Assembly: GCA_950097015.1 (NCBI GenBank) | Contig: CATNEN010000001.1 | Span: 8,618,001 to 8,682,000 of the forward strand | Source: Macrostomum hystrix | Taxonomy: Eukaryota; Animalia; Platyhelminthes | DNA: 64,000 bases | Direction of reading: 5' to 3' | Shown here: in pieces, positions 1-12,170 of the stretch | Position numbering within the stretch: position 1 is the first letter of the stretch | How the letters are laid out: the number at the start of each line of letters is the position of its first letter | Notes under the pieces: generated by a model | The model's input: the letters and a program-made list of their open reading frames with translations, nothing else | Told to the model about the DNA's origin: nothing | The model's database searches: none | Made by a program: the position numbers and the translations under genes

Positions 1-1272
1 CTCAGTTGGATGGAATCTTAGTAGGATGGAATCTCAGTTGGATGGGATCTTAGTAGGATGGAATCTCAGTTGGATAAAATCTTAGTAGGATGGGATCTCA
101 GTAGGATGGAATCTCAGTTGGATGGGATCTTAGTAGGATGGGATCTCAGTAGGATAGGATCTCAGTTGGATGGAATCTTAGTAGGATGGGATCTCAGTAG
201 GATGGAATCTCAGTTGGATGGGATCTTAGTAGGATGGGATCTCAGTAGGATAGGATCTCAGTTGGATGGAATCTTAGTAGGATGGGATCTCAGTAGGATG
301 GGATCTCAGTAGGATGGGATCTCAGTAGGATGGGATCTCAGTAGGATGGGATCTCAAAAGGATAGGCTCTCAGTATGATGGGATCTCAGTTAGATGGGAG
401 GTCATTTGGATGGGATCTCAGTTCTTTGGGATCTCAGTTGGATGGGATCTTAGTAGGATGGGATCTCAAAAGGATGGCCTCTCAGTATGATGGGATCTCA
501 GTTTTTTGGGATCTCAGTTACTTGGGATCTCAGTTCTTTGGGATCTCAGTTACTTGGGATCTCAGTTCTTTGGGATCTCAGTTACTTGGGATCTCAGTTC
601 TTTGGGATCTCAGTTACTTGGGATCTCAGTTTTTTGGGATCTCAGTTTTTTGGGATCTCAGTTCTTTGGGATCTCAGTTACTTGGGATCTCAGTTCTTTG
701 GGATGTCAGTTCTTTGGGATCTCAGTTCTTTGGGATCTCAGTTCTTTGGGATCTCAGTTACTTGGGATCTCAGTTCTTTGGGATGTCAGTTCTTTGGGAT
801 CTCAGTTTTTTGGGATGTCAGTTTTTTGGGATCTCAGTTTTTTGGGATCTCAGTTCTTTGGGATCTCAGTTCTTTGGGATCTCAGTTACTTGGGATCTCA
901 GTTTTTTGGGATCTCAGTTCTTTGGGATCTCAGTTCTTTGGGATCTCAGTTACTTGGGATCTCAGTTTTTTGGGATCTCAGTTCTTTGGGATGTCAGTTC
1001 TTTGGGATCTCATTTACTTGGGATCTCAGTTCTTTGGGATGTCAGTTCTTTGGGATCTCAGTTCTTTGGGATCTCAGTTCTTTGGGATCTCAGTTCTTTG
1101 GGATCTCAGTTACTTGGGATCTCAGTTTTTTGGGATCTCAGTTCTTTGGGATGTCAGTTCTTTGGGATCTCATTTACTTGGGATCTCAGTTCTTTGGGAT
1201 GTCAGTTCTTTGGGATCTCAGTTCTTTGGGATCTCAGTTACTTGGGATCTCATTTACTTGGGATCTCAGCTA
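1..1272. repeat. 16-bp minisatellite GGGATCTCAGT+(AGGAT/TGGAT, then TCTTT/TACTT)
   Basis: Direct tandem periodicity; runs off the window start. Confidence 0.95.
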
Positions 1273-1615
1273 CTTAAAAAATGTAAGACAAAAAGCCATT
1301 GTTATAGATTATTGCATAAAAAGCTAGCAATTACATATTGCCAAGAATCTGATGTACTTAAAAATCGATAGAAAAAATATATCAACCAATTCAAAATTAA
1401 CTAAAAAAGTAATACAGAACTTAATCTTTACGAAAAATGTATAGTCAGAAATCAAAGCAATAAAAAGTACATAATAAAATGAAATATATATTTCTTTTGA
1501 ACAGAGACGCTTACACTACTGATGAGTGAGTAGTATTGGTGTATCAAAATTCTTATATTGCAAAAATGTAATATTTTTCTATTGCACTCTAATTAGAAAT
1601 CAGATATTCCACATT

Positions 1616-4600
1616 TTAATAAGAAGCCAGCTTAGACAAGGCGTGTTTCAACTTCTCAGCGGCTAGAGCACAGTCCTCTCTACTCAGATCATTGTGCGTC
1701 AGCATTCGAATATTGCGCTCGGAAACTGCCGGCGCGCGCAGCCTAATTTTACAGGCGTCTGTGGGCTGAAGTTGTGGCGGGATGAAGGCCTGAAGGTGGG
1801 GTGGTAGTGGCTTGAAGAAACAAGTCATAGTAGCTTAAAGGTACGGAGGATAATAGCCTGAAGATACCCTAAAGATAGGGAGGATACAATAGCCTGAATA
1901 TAGGGAGGATACAATAGCCTGAAGATAGGAAGGATACAATAGCCTGAATATAGGTAGGATACAATAGCCTGAATATAGGGAGGATACAATAGCCTGAATA
2001 TAGGGAGGATACAATAGCCTGAATATAGGGAGGATACAATAGCCTGAAGATAGGGAGGATACAATAGCCTGAATATAGGTAGGATACAATAGCCTGAATA
2101 TAGGTAGGATACAATAGCCTGAATATAGGGAGGATACAATAGCCTGAATATAGGTAGGATACAATAGCCTGAATATAGGGAGGATACAATAGCCTCAGGA
2201 CACTTCAAGATAGTAGCCTGAAGACACTTCTGGGTAGTAAAAGAAAGTCTATACGTTGTTGAAAATGCAATAACAATATAGAAGGGAGTCATGGAACGAA
2301 CAAACTAAACTATTTTATACTTTTAATCTCTAAATTTTACGGGCATAAGGCCAATGTTATTAGTAACAGTAACCAAGGAGAATATAAATAAATAATAGTA
2401 CCGCTATTATCACAGAGAGCATAGAACAAAAATTGTACAGACAAAGTTCTCTTTACCTCTTCAACTAGAGTCTGCAATTGATCAATAGTAATAGGCGCTT
2501 TATTGGTTAGCCTCAGAAGCATCACGTTGGTGTCTGGCTTGTCGAAGACAAACCAATTCGGCAGTTTCAGACTTGCTATGCCTGTAAAATACCAGTATTT
2601 AATTCGATTTTGGAATTACCTATTATCAAATTTAAATGAGAATTCTTAACACTTACTGGAGTGAATCAGTTTGGCATTTTCGTGATCTGTCGATAGCGTC
2701 TCCTTGGCAACGTCCAATGCGTGACTGGCGGCGGCGGCTAACAAACCCGGCTGCCTGGCTGCACCGCCAAGGGCTTTGCGCATGCGGCGACAGCTGCAAT
2801 CATTATTGATGGGACTCGTTAGGGAAGACTGGGGATTATTTATGAGTATTGGGAGAAATTTGGGATCTGGGAGAATTCGAGGACTTGATGATTTATGAGT
2901 ATTGGGAGAAATTGGGGATCTGGGAGAATTGGGGATCTGAGAGGATTAGGTGTCTGAGAGGATTGGTGATCTGGGAGGATTAGGGATCTGGGAGAATTAA
3001 AGATCTGGGAGGATTGAGGATCTGGGAGGATTGGCGATCTGGGAGGATTGGGGATCTGGGAGCATTGGGGATCTGGGAGGATTGAGGATCTGGGAGGATT
3101 GGGGATCTGTAAGGATTGGGGATCCGAGGGGATTTGGGATCAAAGCGGATTGGGGATTTAAGAGAATGGGGATTTGGGAGGATTGGGGATCTTGGAGGAT
3201 TGGGGATCTAAGAGAATGGGAATTTGGGAGGATTGGGGATCTGGGAGGATTGGGGATCTAGGAGGATTGGGGATCTGGGAGGATTGGGGATCTGGGAGGA
3301 TTGGGGATCTAGGAGAATTGGGGATCTAAGAGGATTGCGGATCTGGGAGCAATGTGGATCTGGGATTTTAGACAATAGTATTATTACTGCATTAACACTC
3401 ACTAATTGATAGTATCAGTGTCCGATGCAATGCAAGAACCAACAGGCGCTCCAAGGCCCTAAAAAAGAAAACAAAGTTCAGTAAGCATTCTAAATTATTT
3501 TTGTTAATTTAATTACATAGGTAGGTAGGGTGAAGAGAAATTTTTACCTTAGAAAAGCAGATGGTGACAGAATCCACTAGCTTGCCATATTCAATAGGAT
3601 CTACACCTTTAGCGATGGCGGCATTGATTAACCTAGCGCCGTCGACGTGCAATTTGATGCCATGCTTATTGCAGAATTCTCTCGCCTGTATTTAAAATAA
3701 TAAATGCGAGAAGTTCAGCCTTTTGCCTTTCGCACTGGGATCTAGCGTCAAGGTTAGATACGATCCTAAAAAGGGCCGTTTTAAATCCCTTTCTTAATAC
3801 TACATTTTAGTAGATATTTATCTAATGATATACAGTATAAGAATGTTGAAACAATCTTTGTTATTACACTGTAACTCAAGCATTAGAAAAAATTTGAAAA
3901 ACGAAATGAAAAATGAAAACCTTTATGGATCGTTTTATGAATAGCTAGCTTTAGAAGCAAAATTTCTTTTCATTATACTACTGCCAGTAAAGTAAATTGA
4001 AAAAATCATGTGAAAAATTGGTGTTCTGAAAACGATGGTAAAAACTATAATGGGCCATTTTACTTTCAGGTGCATAGATTTTTGGTGCTAATATAAGAAG
4101 AGGAAAATTTTCAAACCTCAGCAAAATAGGCGACAGACAAAGCTTTGCCTCCAGTGAAGCCGTGGGAGTTCTCCAAGCACAGGGCGCGAGTACGAGGATA
4201 GTGCGGGTCCGACGGCGATAAGCGAACCAGTTTGCGGCACTCTTCTAAGCATAAGGTGCCGTCTGGACGAGTCGCGGCTGCTCGATGATGGGCTCCAGCG
4301 AAAGTCGCTAGGCTGCCCTGTAGGCATAGAGAAAAAAAAAAATATAATAATAATAATAATTGCAGGCAATGGCACATTATTTGGTGACACTAGACTCGCA
4401 ACTAGCGAGGAGGCAATACTGCCCATTCCGCTGACTCCTGAGCACACACGCACACAGATACTGTACGCAGGCACACACTCACACAGGTGTGTACATCTGT
4501 CCTGACTTTCTCATCGTCAGGCAGTGTACACCCTCACTGTGCCTTGGAGGTTGGCCCTCAAGGGCATAAATTGCACCCAAGCATTCTCTCCGCGGCTGCG

Positions 4601-6719
4601 CCCAAAATGAATGTGGCCTCGACATGGAATTGAGCTCAGGGACCTTGGTGCGAAAGGCAAACGCGTTAAACTACCTGGTACTCTGCTACCTGTTATTTTT
4701 GGATCAAGCTACCTGGGATTTTGGGATCAAGCTATGTAAAAATAAATACACTAGAGGTTAGAAATTTAGTCAAAAAATCACCTGCTCGTACAGGTGAATG
4801 TGGCACTGATCGCCTAGAATAATCTCCGATCCGCGATCTCGACAATGCGACATCATAGGCAATAGATTTCCCATTGTGCCACTGGTGACAAATAGGCCGG
4901 CCTCCTGACCCAGTAAGCGAGCCACGCGATTTTCCAAGTCTGGATTTTGGGATTTTAGGATTATGGAAAGAGTTACGACTGTGAAAAAAATATTAATCGA
5001 TGAGCATGAATGTCTTGGGAGGAAGAGAAAGTTAAAATGAAAAGCAGAGAGCGGATGGGGATGGAAGAGAGCGGCTGAATAGGAGAGCAGAGAGCGGATG
5101 GGGATGGAAGAGAGCGGCTGAATGGGAGAGCAGAGGGCGGATGAGAATGGAAGAGAGCGGCTGAATGGGAGAGCAGAGGGCGGATGAGAATGGAAGAGAG
5201 CGGCTGAATGGGAGAGCAGAGGGCGGATGAGAATGGAAGAGAGCGGCTGAATGGGAGAGCAGACGGCGGATGAGAATGGAAGAGAGCGGCTGAATGGGAG
5301 AGCAGAGGGCGGATGAGAATGGAAGAGAGCGGCTGAATGGGAGAGCAGAGGGCGGATGAGAATGGAAGAGAGCGGCTGAATGGGAGAGCAGAGGGCGGAT
5401 GAGAATGGAAGAGAGCGGCTGAATGGGAGAGCAGAGGGCGGATGAGAATGGAAGAGAGCGGCTGAATGGGAGAGCAGAGGGCGGATGAGAATGGAAGAGA
5501 GCGGCTGAATGGGAGAGCAGAGGGCGGGTGAGAATGGAAGAGAGCGGCTAAATGGGAGAGCAGAGGGCGGATGAGAATGGAAGAGAGCGGCTGAATGGGA
5601 GAGCAGAGGGCGGGTGAGAATGGAAGAGAGCGGCTAAATGGGAGAGCAGAGGGCGGGTGAGAATGGAAGAGAGCGGCTGAATGGGAGAGCAGAGGGCGGA
5701 TGAGAATGGAAGAGAGCGGCTGAATGGGAGAGCAGAGGGCGGATGAGAATGGAAGAGAGCGGCTAAATGGGAGAGCAGAGGGCGGATGGGGATGGAAGAG
5801 AGCGGCTGAATGGGAGAGCAGAGGGCGGATGAGAATGGAAGAGAGCGGCTGAATGGGAGAGCAGAGGGCGGATGAGAATGGAAGAGAGCGGCTGAATGGG
5901 AGAGCAGAGGGCGGATTAGAATGGAAGAGAGCGGCTGAATGGGAGAGCAGAGGGCGGATGAGAATGGAAGAGAGCGGCTGAATGGGAGAGCAGAGGGCGG
6001 GTGAGAATGGAAGAGAGCGGCTGAATGGGAGAGCAGAGGGCGGATGAGAATGGAAGAGAGCGGCTAAATGGGAGAGCAGAGGGCGGATGGGGATGGAAGA
6101 GAGCGGCTGAATGGGAGAGCAGAGGGCGGATGAGAATGGAAGAGAGCGGCTGAATGGGAGAGCAGAGGGCGGATGAGAATGGAAGAGAGCGGCTGAATGG
6201 GAGAGCAGAGGGCGGATGAGAATGGAAGAGAGCGGCTGAATGGGAGAGCAGAGGGCGGGTGAGAATGGAAGAGAGCGGCTAAATGGGAGAGCAGAGGGCG
6301 GATGAGAATGGAAGAGAGCGGCTGAATGGGAGAGCAGAGGGCGGGTGAGAATGGAAGAGAGTGGAAAAAGAGGGTAGTGAGCAGATTATTATTTCCAGAA
6401 GCGAAATAAGATAGGCTAAAGGATATAAAGTCCAAATGATATTTTTAATCTCACCTATCACAGTGGTATTCTCTCCAAACACGTCGTCTCCATAGCTGAC
6501 TGATTGGATCATGGCTTGCATCATCGCTTGAGTCGGCTTGCTAAGCACATCGCTACGAAAATCGATAGTGCGAACAGTTGGATTATCGCTAGGCTGCTTA
6601 GAAACCGCAAACTTTTGTTTATGATCCTCATCTTTATTGTACTGATAACTGAGACAGCGTTTAACACTGCCAGATAGCTTTGAAGGCAGGCGAAATGAAG
6701 ATGCGAACGATTTTAACAT
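1616..6719 (-). CDS. THA1: Low-specificity L-threonine aldolase (PLP-dependent, beta-eliminating lyase family), 8 coding exons
   Basis: Hand-spliced GT-AG exons 6719-6455, 4939-4782, 4317-4117, 3685-3548, 3458-3403, 2793-2657, 2581-2457 and 1789-1616 join in frame. Motifs: [46 protein letters not shown]|GLGAPVGS (PLP lysine), RMRKALGG. The N-terminus is Ser/Arg/Lys-rich, like a mitochondrial presequence. Confidence 0.93.
1845..2220. repeat. 25-bp minisatellite AGGATACAATAGCCTGAATATAGGG (aldolase intron 7)
   Basis: Tandem periodicity. Confidence 0.95.
2860..3365. repeat. 17-bp minisatellite TTGGGGATCTGGGAGGA (aldolase intron 5)
   Basis: Tandem periodicity, degenerate edges. Confidence 0.9.
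4342..4690 (-). mobile_element. SINE family A copy in threonine aldolase intron 2
   Basis: Colinear with 20236-20566, including the (ATT)n tail. Confidence 0.85.
5045..6365. repeat. 43-bp purine-rich minisatellite (aldolase intron 1)
   Basis: GAGCAGAGGGCGGATGAGAATGGAAGAGAGCGGCTGAATGGGA, about 30 copies. Confidence 0.95.
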
Positions 6720-7325
6720 TCTGTCAAATGCTAAAAGATTTTAATATTACTTTACGAATTGAAATGAATACATTTAGAGTCGAAAAGTATGAATCACTTT
6801 ACCTAGCTTAATCCTTTATAATTATTCACTTTAACTGGTAGCAGTAGGTTAACGACTTCAGATAGAAAAAAAGTCAGCAGCTATTCATTCCTTTTATAGA
6901 CTATCGAAGAGAACCTTTTTAATGTACATAGATTGATAGATAAGCTATTAAAATTTAAGATTTCTTTCTAGCTGACAATGGTTTGACTAGACAAAAATTC
7001 TGTTAAAAAGGGCAAGGCAGTAGTTGCACTTTAAAAAATCTGGTTCAAGACAGATAAAAAATTGGTATTTTAAAAGATTTTGAAGATCAGTGGCTACTAT
7101 AGAAACTAGTTGGAATATAGGCACAACACTTGATAGATCAGATAACAATTTCTTGATAGCTGACAGTCAATAGCAAAAAACTGGTTTAAACTGGTTTATT
7201 TGAAAATGACTTTTAGTTACAAACAAAAGATCTCCAAAAATATTGCACTTAATTTTTTTTGGTTATAGCTATATAGTCAGGCAGAATAGGATATTTTTAT
7301 ATATAAAAGTACTGTAAGTTTAAAG

Positions 7326-7439
7326 GCTTAAGCCACAGATAAAATGAGATAATATATAACTTTATATATTTATATTATATATTATATATTATATATTATA
7401 TATTATATATATTAGTTATATATTATCTGTGGCTTAAGC
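7326..7439. mobile_element. Small MITE-like inverted repeat around an AT microsatellite
   Basis: GCTTAAGCCACAGATAA...TTATCTGTGGCTTAAGC with inner GATAATATATAAC/GTTATATATTATC arms; TTAA near both ends may be the TSD. Confidence 0.5.
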
Positions 7440-7489
7440 TTTTTAGAATAGGCTAATCCTAATTTAACTAATCATCCTCTAATCCTAAA

Positions 7490-7690
7490 GTGACTTAGTT
7501 CCTACCGAGTGCAACTTATTTCCCCTGATTGCAACTTTGTTCCTCCCAAATGTGACTTAGTTCCCCAGATTGCGACTTAGTTCACTACTGAATGTGACTT
7601 AGTTCCTCCTGAATGTGACTTAGTTCCTCCCGAATGCGACTTATTTCCCCTGATTGCGACTTAGTTCCTCCCGATTGTGACCTAATTTTC
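7490..7690. repeat. Degenerate ~22-bp minisatellite TGTGACTTAGTTCCTCC..
   Basis: Tandem periodicity. Confidence 0.8.
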
Positions 7691-8335
7691 AATTTGTATA
7701 TGACTTTTCTTACCTTTTTCTCTTTTCTTCTCTCTCCTCTTTCTCTCTCTCTCTATTTTCTCCCTCCTTTCTTTTCTCTTTCTCTTCCTCTTCTTTCTTT
7801 TTTCCCCGAAATTTTGTTTTTTTTTGTTTTTGATTTTGTGACTTTCCTTGGCAGGCAGCCATTTCACCCGTCCAGTTCAGATGGGTTGGATAGGTGTTAA
7901 TGTAAGTTTATGTTTAAAAATGTAAGTTTACAATGTAATTGCATGTCAAATATAGCTAATACGTTAAGTTTGTTATAATCTGCTCATGTACATGTAACCA
8001 TGGCACCTACTAGAATCCAATGAAAACATAAAAAACTTACATATGATAACCCTATTGGAATAAGTGGTATTTTACTGGACCACTTTTGCTTAGTGTCATG
8101 GCCTACTCACAAGGTCAGGATACAAGAACTTGATTTATTACATACTACATATAGTAGCTATGATGACATAATAATTTATTGTAACTCTTCACCTTTTGAG
8201 CTAGTGTGTCACCACAAATAATATTGCTCTGATACCTACAGCTCTAACCCTTGCACATTCATTAACTTGTTATCACCACATGCATTTAATGTACTTGTTT
8301 GTTGCTCCATTGATTGCCTTGTTTATCACTAAGTA

Positions 8336-8977
8336 GGGTAATGTATCATCAACCAAACAGTGTATCTTCAAAACCGAACAAGAATTTTGACTCCTTCCTT
8401 GGTCTTGTGCAAGACAGAAACAAGCTATTGTATTTCACAGAACAACTATTTTGAATGTCAATGAAATTATTTACAAGCTAAGGCATGACATGCAATGAAG
8501 CATTACAAGGAAAGAAAGATATTGATGTTTCAGTAGAAATTTTTATCACAAAAGCATACTTTTTGACAGCATTTTTTCAGCATGTACTTTAGACTAAGAT
8601 TGTATGTGGTTGCTTTCCAATTAAATTACCATAAATGTAGTTATTTATAAAGCATGAAAAATGCTTTCAAATGACATAATTCATGATAGATCACTCCTTA
8701 AAATAAGATTAAACCACTCACTCAAATTTTAAAACCAAACATCAAATTCTCTGTTTGGTTTGAAGATACATGAAAATCATCGTTTGGTTTTAGATGAAAA
8801 ACATGAATAACTTTTTTCTATTTGACAAAATTGCAAAAGCAGATACTATTTAGAAAGACAAAACAGTTTTCTATAACTTGGCTTTTGATTTATCATGATA
8901 TCTTAAATAGAAAATCTGTAGCTTAGGTTTGAAGTTAAAAAAATGCATATTCTTGTTTGGTTGATGATACATTACCC
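8336..8977. mobile_element. Non-autonomous TIR element (MITE), TA-flanked
   Basis: Perfect 24-bp TIR GGGTAATGTATCATCAACCAAACA at both ends, flanked by TA; extra subterminal inverted copies (ATCTTCAAAACC..ACA); no ORF. Confidence 0.8.
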
Positions 8978-10818
8978 TACATTCAATATACTCATTAATT
9001 ATTCTATTATAAATATACTGCTCCAAGAGCTGCTGAGCTTTTACAATTGTCGTTGAATCCTAACATAGTCTACAATAGTAACCAATGCAAATTCATCCAA
9101 CTGAAAGCAAAATTTGTTTGAAGATAGATACTTTGCATATGAGGATTTCAATATCTCTATGATGCACTGTCTATATCAACTTATAATTTGAAATCTGCCA
9201 TGAAACACTATCTATTCCACCTTAGAATTGACATGGCACATTGTCCAAAGTAGCTTTAAAAATTATTCCAATAGGGTATGTTTTGATGACCTATGAAACT
9301 CATGAAACTCATAAAATTTTATGACCTATGAACTATGAAAATCCTACTCATGCTCACTTGGCTTTGGTCAATTAGCTGCAACAAGATAAATTATAGTGTT
9401 ACACATTGAATAAGATAGACAACAGTACTACTTTGAAAATAGGTTATTTGTAGTGGACTGTAAAAAATGTAAGTTGCTAGCAATACAATTGTATATTGAA
9501 TTTGACTTGAATACAAACATTTTAATCTCCTTTTAAAAGAGCTGTTGTAGTTTTTAAGCCAGTACAAACACTTGTTATGCCATATTAGTACACAATTTTC
9601 CATGCTGTGATGAGCTAAAAACTTCAATTTAGTTGCTATTACATGTTAAGCATCTGATTTCATCACATGTTATATATTTTTAGACTCTTTATACATTAAA
9701 GAATAGGCAGTTGTTATTTGTCCGGTTAAACCGGACAATTTAATTTTAATTTTAATTTTAGACACTTATTTCCACACTAGTTACCTACACAATTGAGTTT
9801 AAGTCATCTTTGTATAGGTATATTACATATATATTTGTAATTTGTCAAAACACAATTTGAATCTGGCAGGGAAACATGTGAAAGGCTTTAGTGTAAACCA
9901 TTCCTTCTGAGAAAAACTCAAGACACAGGGTCTTGATATGTGAAAAAATGTATATTAACCATACATACATACTTGAATACTTCATGATACTTCAAATCAT
10001 ACTTAATATATTTTGTCACAAAGTTATGCTACATTTGCAAATTATGAATATGATATGCGCGAAAAATTATAATAGCATCATTATATTTAATGCTGTTGTT
10101 ACTTGGCTTATCGTTTAGTAACATAAATACATTTATAATAAAAATATTAATATTAGCAATTATAATTAATAACAGCATGATAATTACAGAGTTACTGCAT
10201 TTCAGTAAATATTAGGCCTAATCCACTATCTTGGAAAAATTGCATTTTAGTACTTTTAAAAAACGTAACTGATAAAGCAAAAACGAAAGCTTTAAAAACT
10301 TTCGCTGTTATTAAAACATAGTCATTTTCTAATATTTTACTTAAATTAATAATTAGGCCTAGGCTTACAAAAAAGTTTTCGATAATTTCTAAATGATAGC
10401 TTCAATGTCAACTTCTTAGAAAATTAACGGATTCCAATATTGGGTATCGAATAGAATTCAAGGACCACTAGAAGAAGAGTCTAGAATCATGCACCACGAA
10501 CATCTTCGCGGAAATTTTATCTTTATGATTTATTATCTGTGATCTCTTGCATCAGAGATATGATTACTTTTTTCAGACAACATTTAGTAGTAAATTTGTT
10601 AACTATTGCCTTAGTCTTCAAGACATTCTCTTTAATTTAGCTGTATATTAACAATTTTTTGCTGAATGACATGCTCTAATTTAGGGACACGGCGGCAATT
10701 TACAAGAGATAAATACAATAGTATCTGGGACTGGGTGTATATTTTAAGTAAAATTGCACCACTACAAGTAAATTTGCAGTGATGCAATTTTTACAAGCTG
10801 GAGTTAAGGGACAGGCCT

Positions 10819-11296
10819 GGCATAGTTCTAGTTTACTTCGCGATATTATTTCACCCTGTTTTTGTCACTTTAAACAGGGTAATACACAGAAGCCCAGTAA
10901 AGCCATGTGAGATCGAGTGCTGCGCCCAACACTGCCGACAGTCCCAGGCATAGCCATCGACATACATTGCCCCTTGGCGCTGCTGTAGGCGCATGTCCAA
11001 ATTGCATTGTTCACATGTGGCTTGGTTGGCAATGAGGTGATGCTTCGCCATCCACCTCATAGGCCTAGTTGTTATGTCGTTGCGACTTGCCTCCACCATC
11101 TCCCGAATACCAAAATTTCTTTTGGTATAATTCAGCAAGCTGACAACATTGACCAGTTGATTAGGTGGGGCAGCTGGGCAGCCGGCCATTGTGCAGATTA
11201 AGCTGAAAGGGTTGTGGTTTCAGTACAGATGCAGAATATGCTATGTAAATGCAAAAAACACAAAAAGAATATTGCAAAGTAAACTAGAACTATGCC
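10819..11296 (-). mobile_element. Internally deleted Merlin (IS1595/ISXO2-like) DNA transposon
   Basis: About 29-bp TIRs GGCATAGTTCTAGTTTACTT(C/T)GC(G/A)ATATT and an 8-bp TSD ACAGGCCT/ACAGGCCC (10811-10818, 11297-11304). The internal ORF 10851-11189 encodes the N-terminal zinc-ribbon WMAKHHLI..CEQC..MRL..DGYAWDCRQC..SI, but no DDE domain. Confidence 0.85.
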
Positions 11297-12170
11297 ACAG
11301 GCCCTTTTATTGTAATAGGTAATTTTAATGGGCCGTTTTAAATAGATTCTGAAGAGTCCTGTAGACATGTAGACATTAGTGGGGCTTTGTAGGCCCTACA
11401 GCAATCAATGAGACTTGCAAGGCTAGGCCTTTTGCATTACTGTTGTCTTATTTGTATGTACCCTAAGCCCAAACAAACTGTACAGCTGACAATCACAGTA
11501 CTGAGTAGGCCTATTCATATTTGTCATATTGGCAATGTTCTACTTCCATTCATTATATTATTTTTTGTTTGTATTCATGCCACAAGTGCATTCTGCGTTT
11601 GAAAAAATTGTGCTGACGTGGCTTTGCCGTGACTTGACACTTGGATCTGGGGGAGCAGGAAGCTAAAGCACAGAAATTCTGCAGCCGAAGATTTTGCAAA
11701 GGCCAAGCTGCATCAAATGCATGGCATGAGTGCTGCTCCTCTATTTGAAGCCACCTCGAAGAATTCTTATGGCGCCATCTTACCCATCTATACCCCAAGA
11801 ATAGCTTCGGTGCCCTCCTCTACTGGATTAGGCACTATTACCCAGTTTGAAAGAAGAAAGACTGACCAAGACTTTTCAGAACTGTCTGACCAAACTACTG
11901 ACTTTTTGTTACTGTTAAACTTGTTTTTTGTCATTATCTGTCATTTGCAAACAAACAAATAATATAACCAATGGAAGTAGAACATTGCTGTCATATTCAT
12001 ATTTATTTGATGATTTATGTCTACACTTTACTTCCTTTCTGTTGTCTATTAAATAAATGAAAAATATGGCTTTTTCTATATAAAAAGTGTATATTTAACT
12101 TTTTTATTTACCTATTTACAAATTTATAAAAATTTCAGTTTTTTAGAGCTATCTGTCTGTCTGTCCTATC

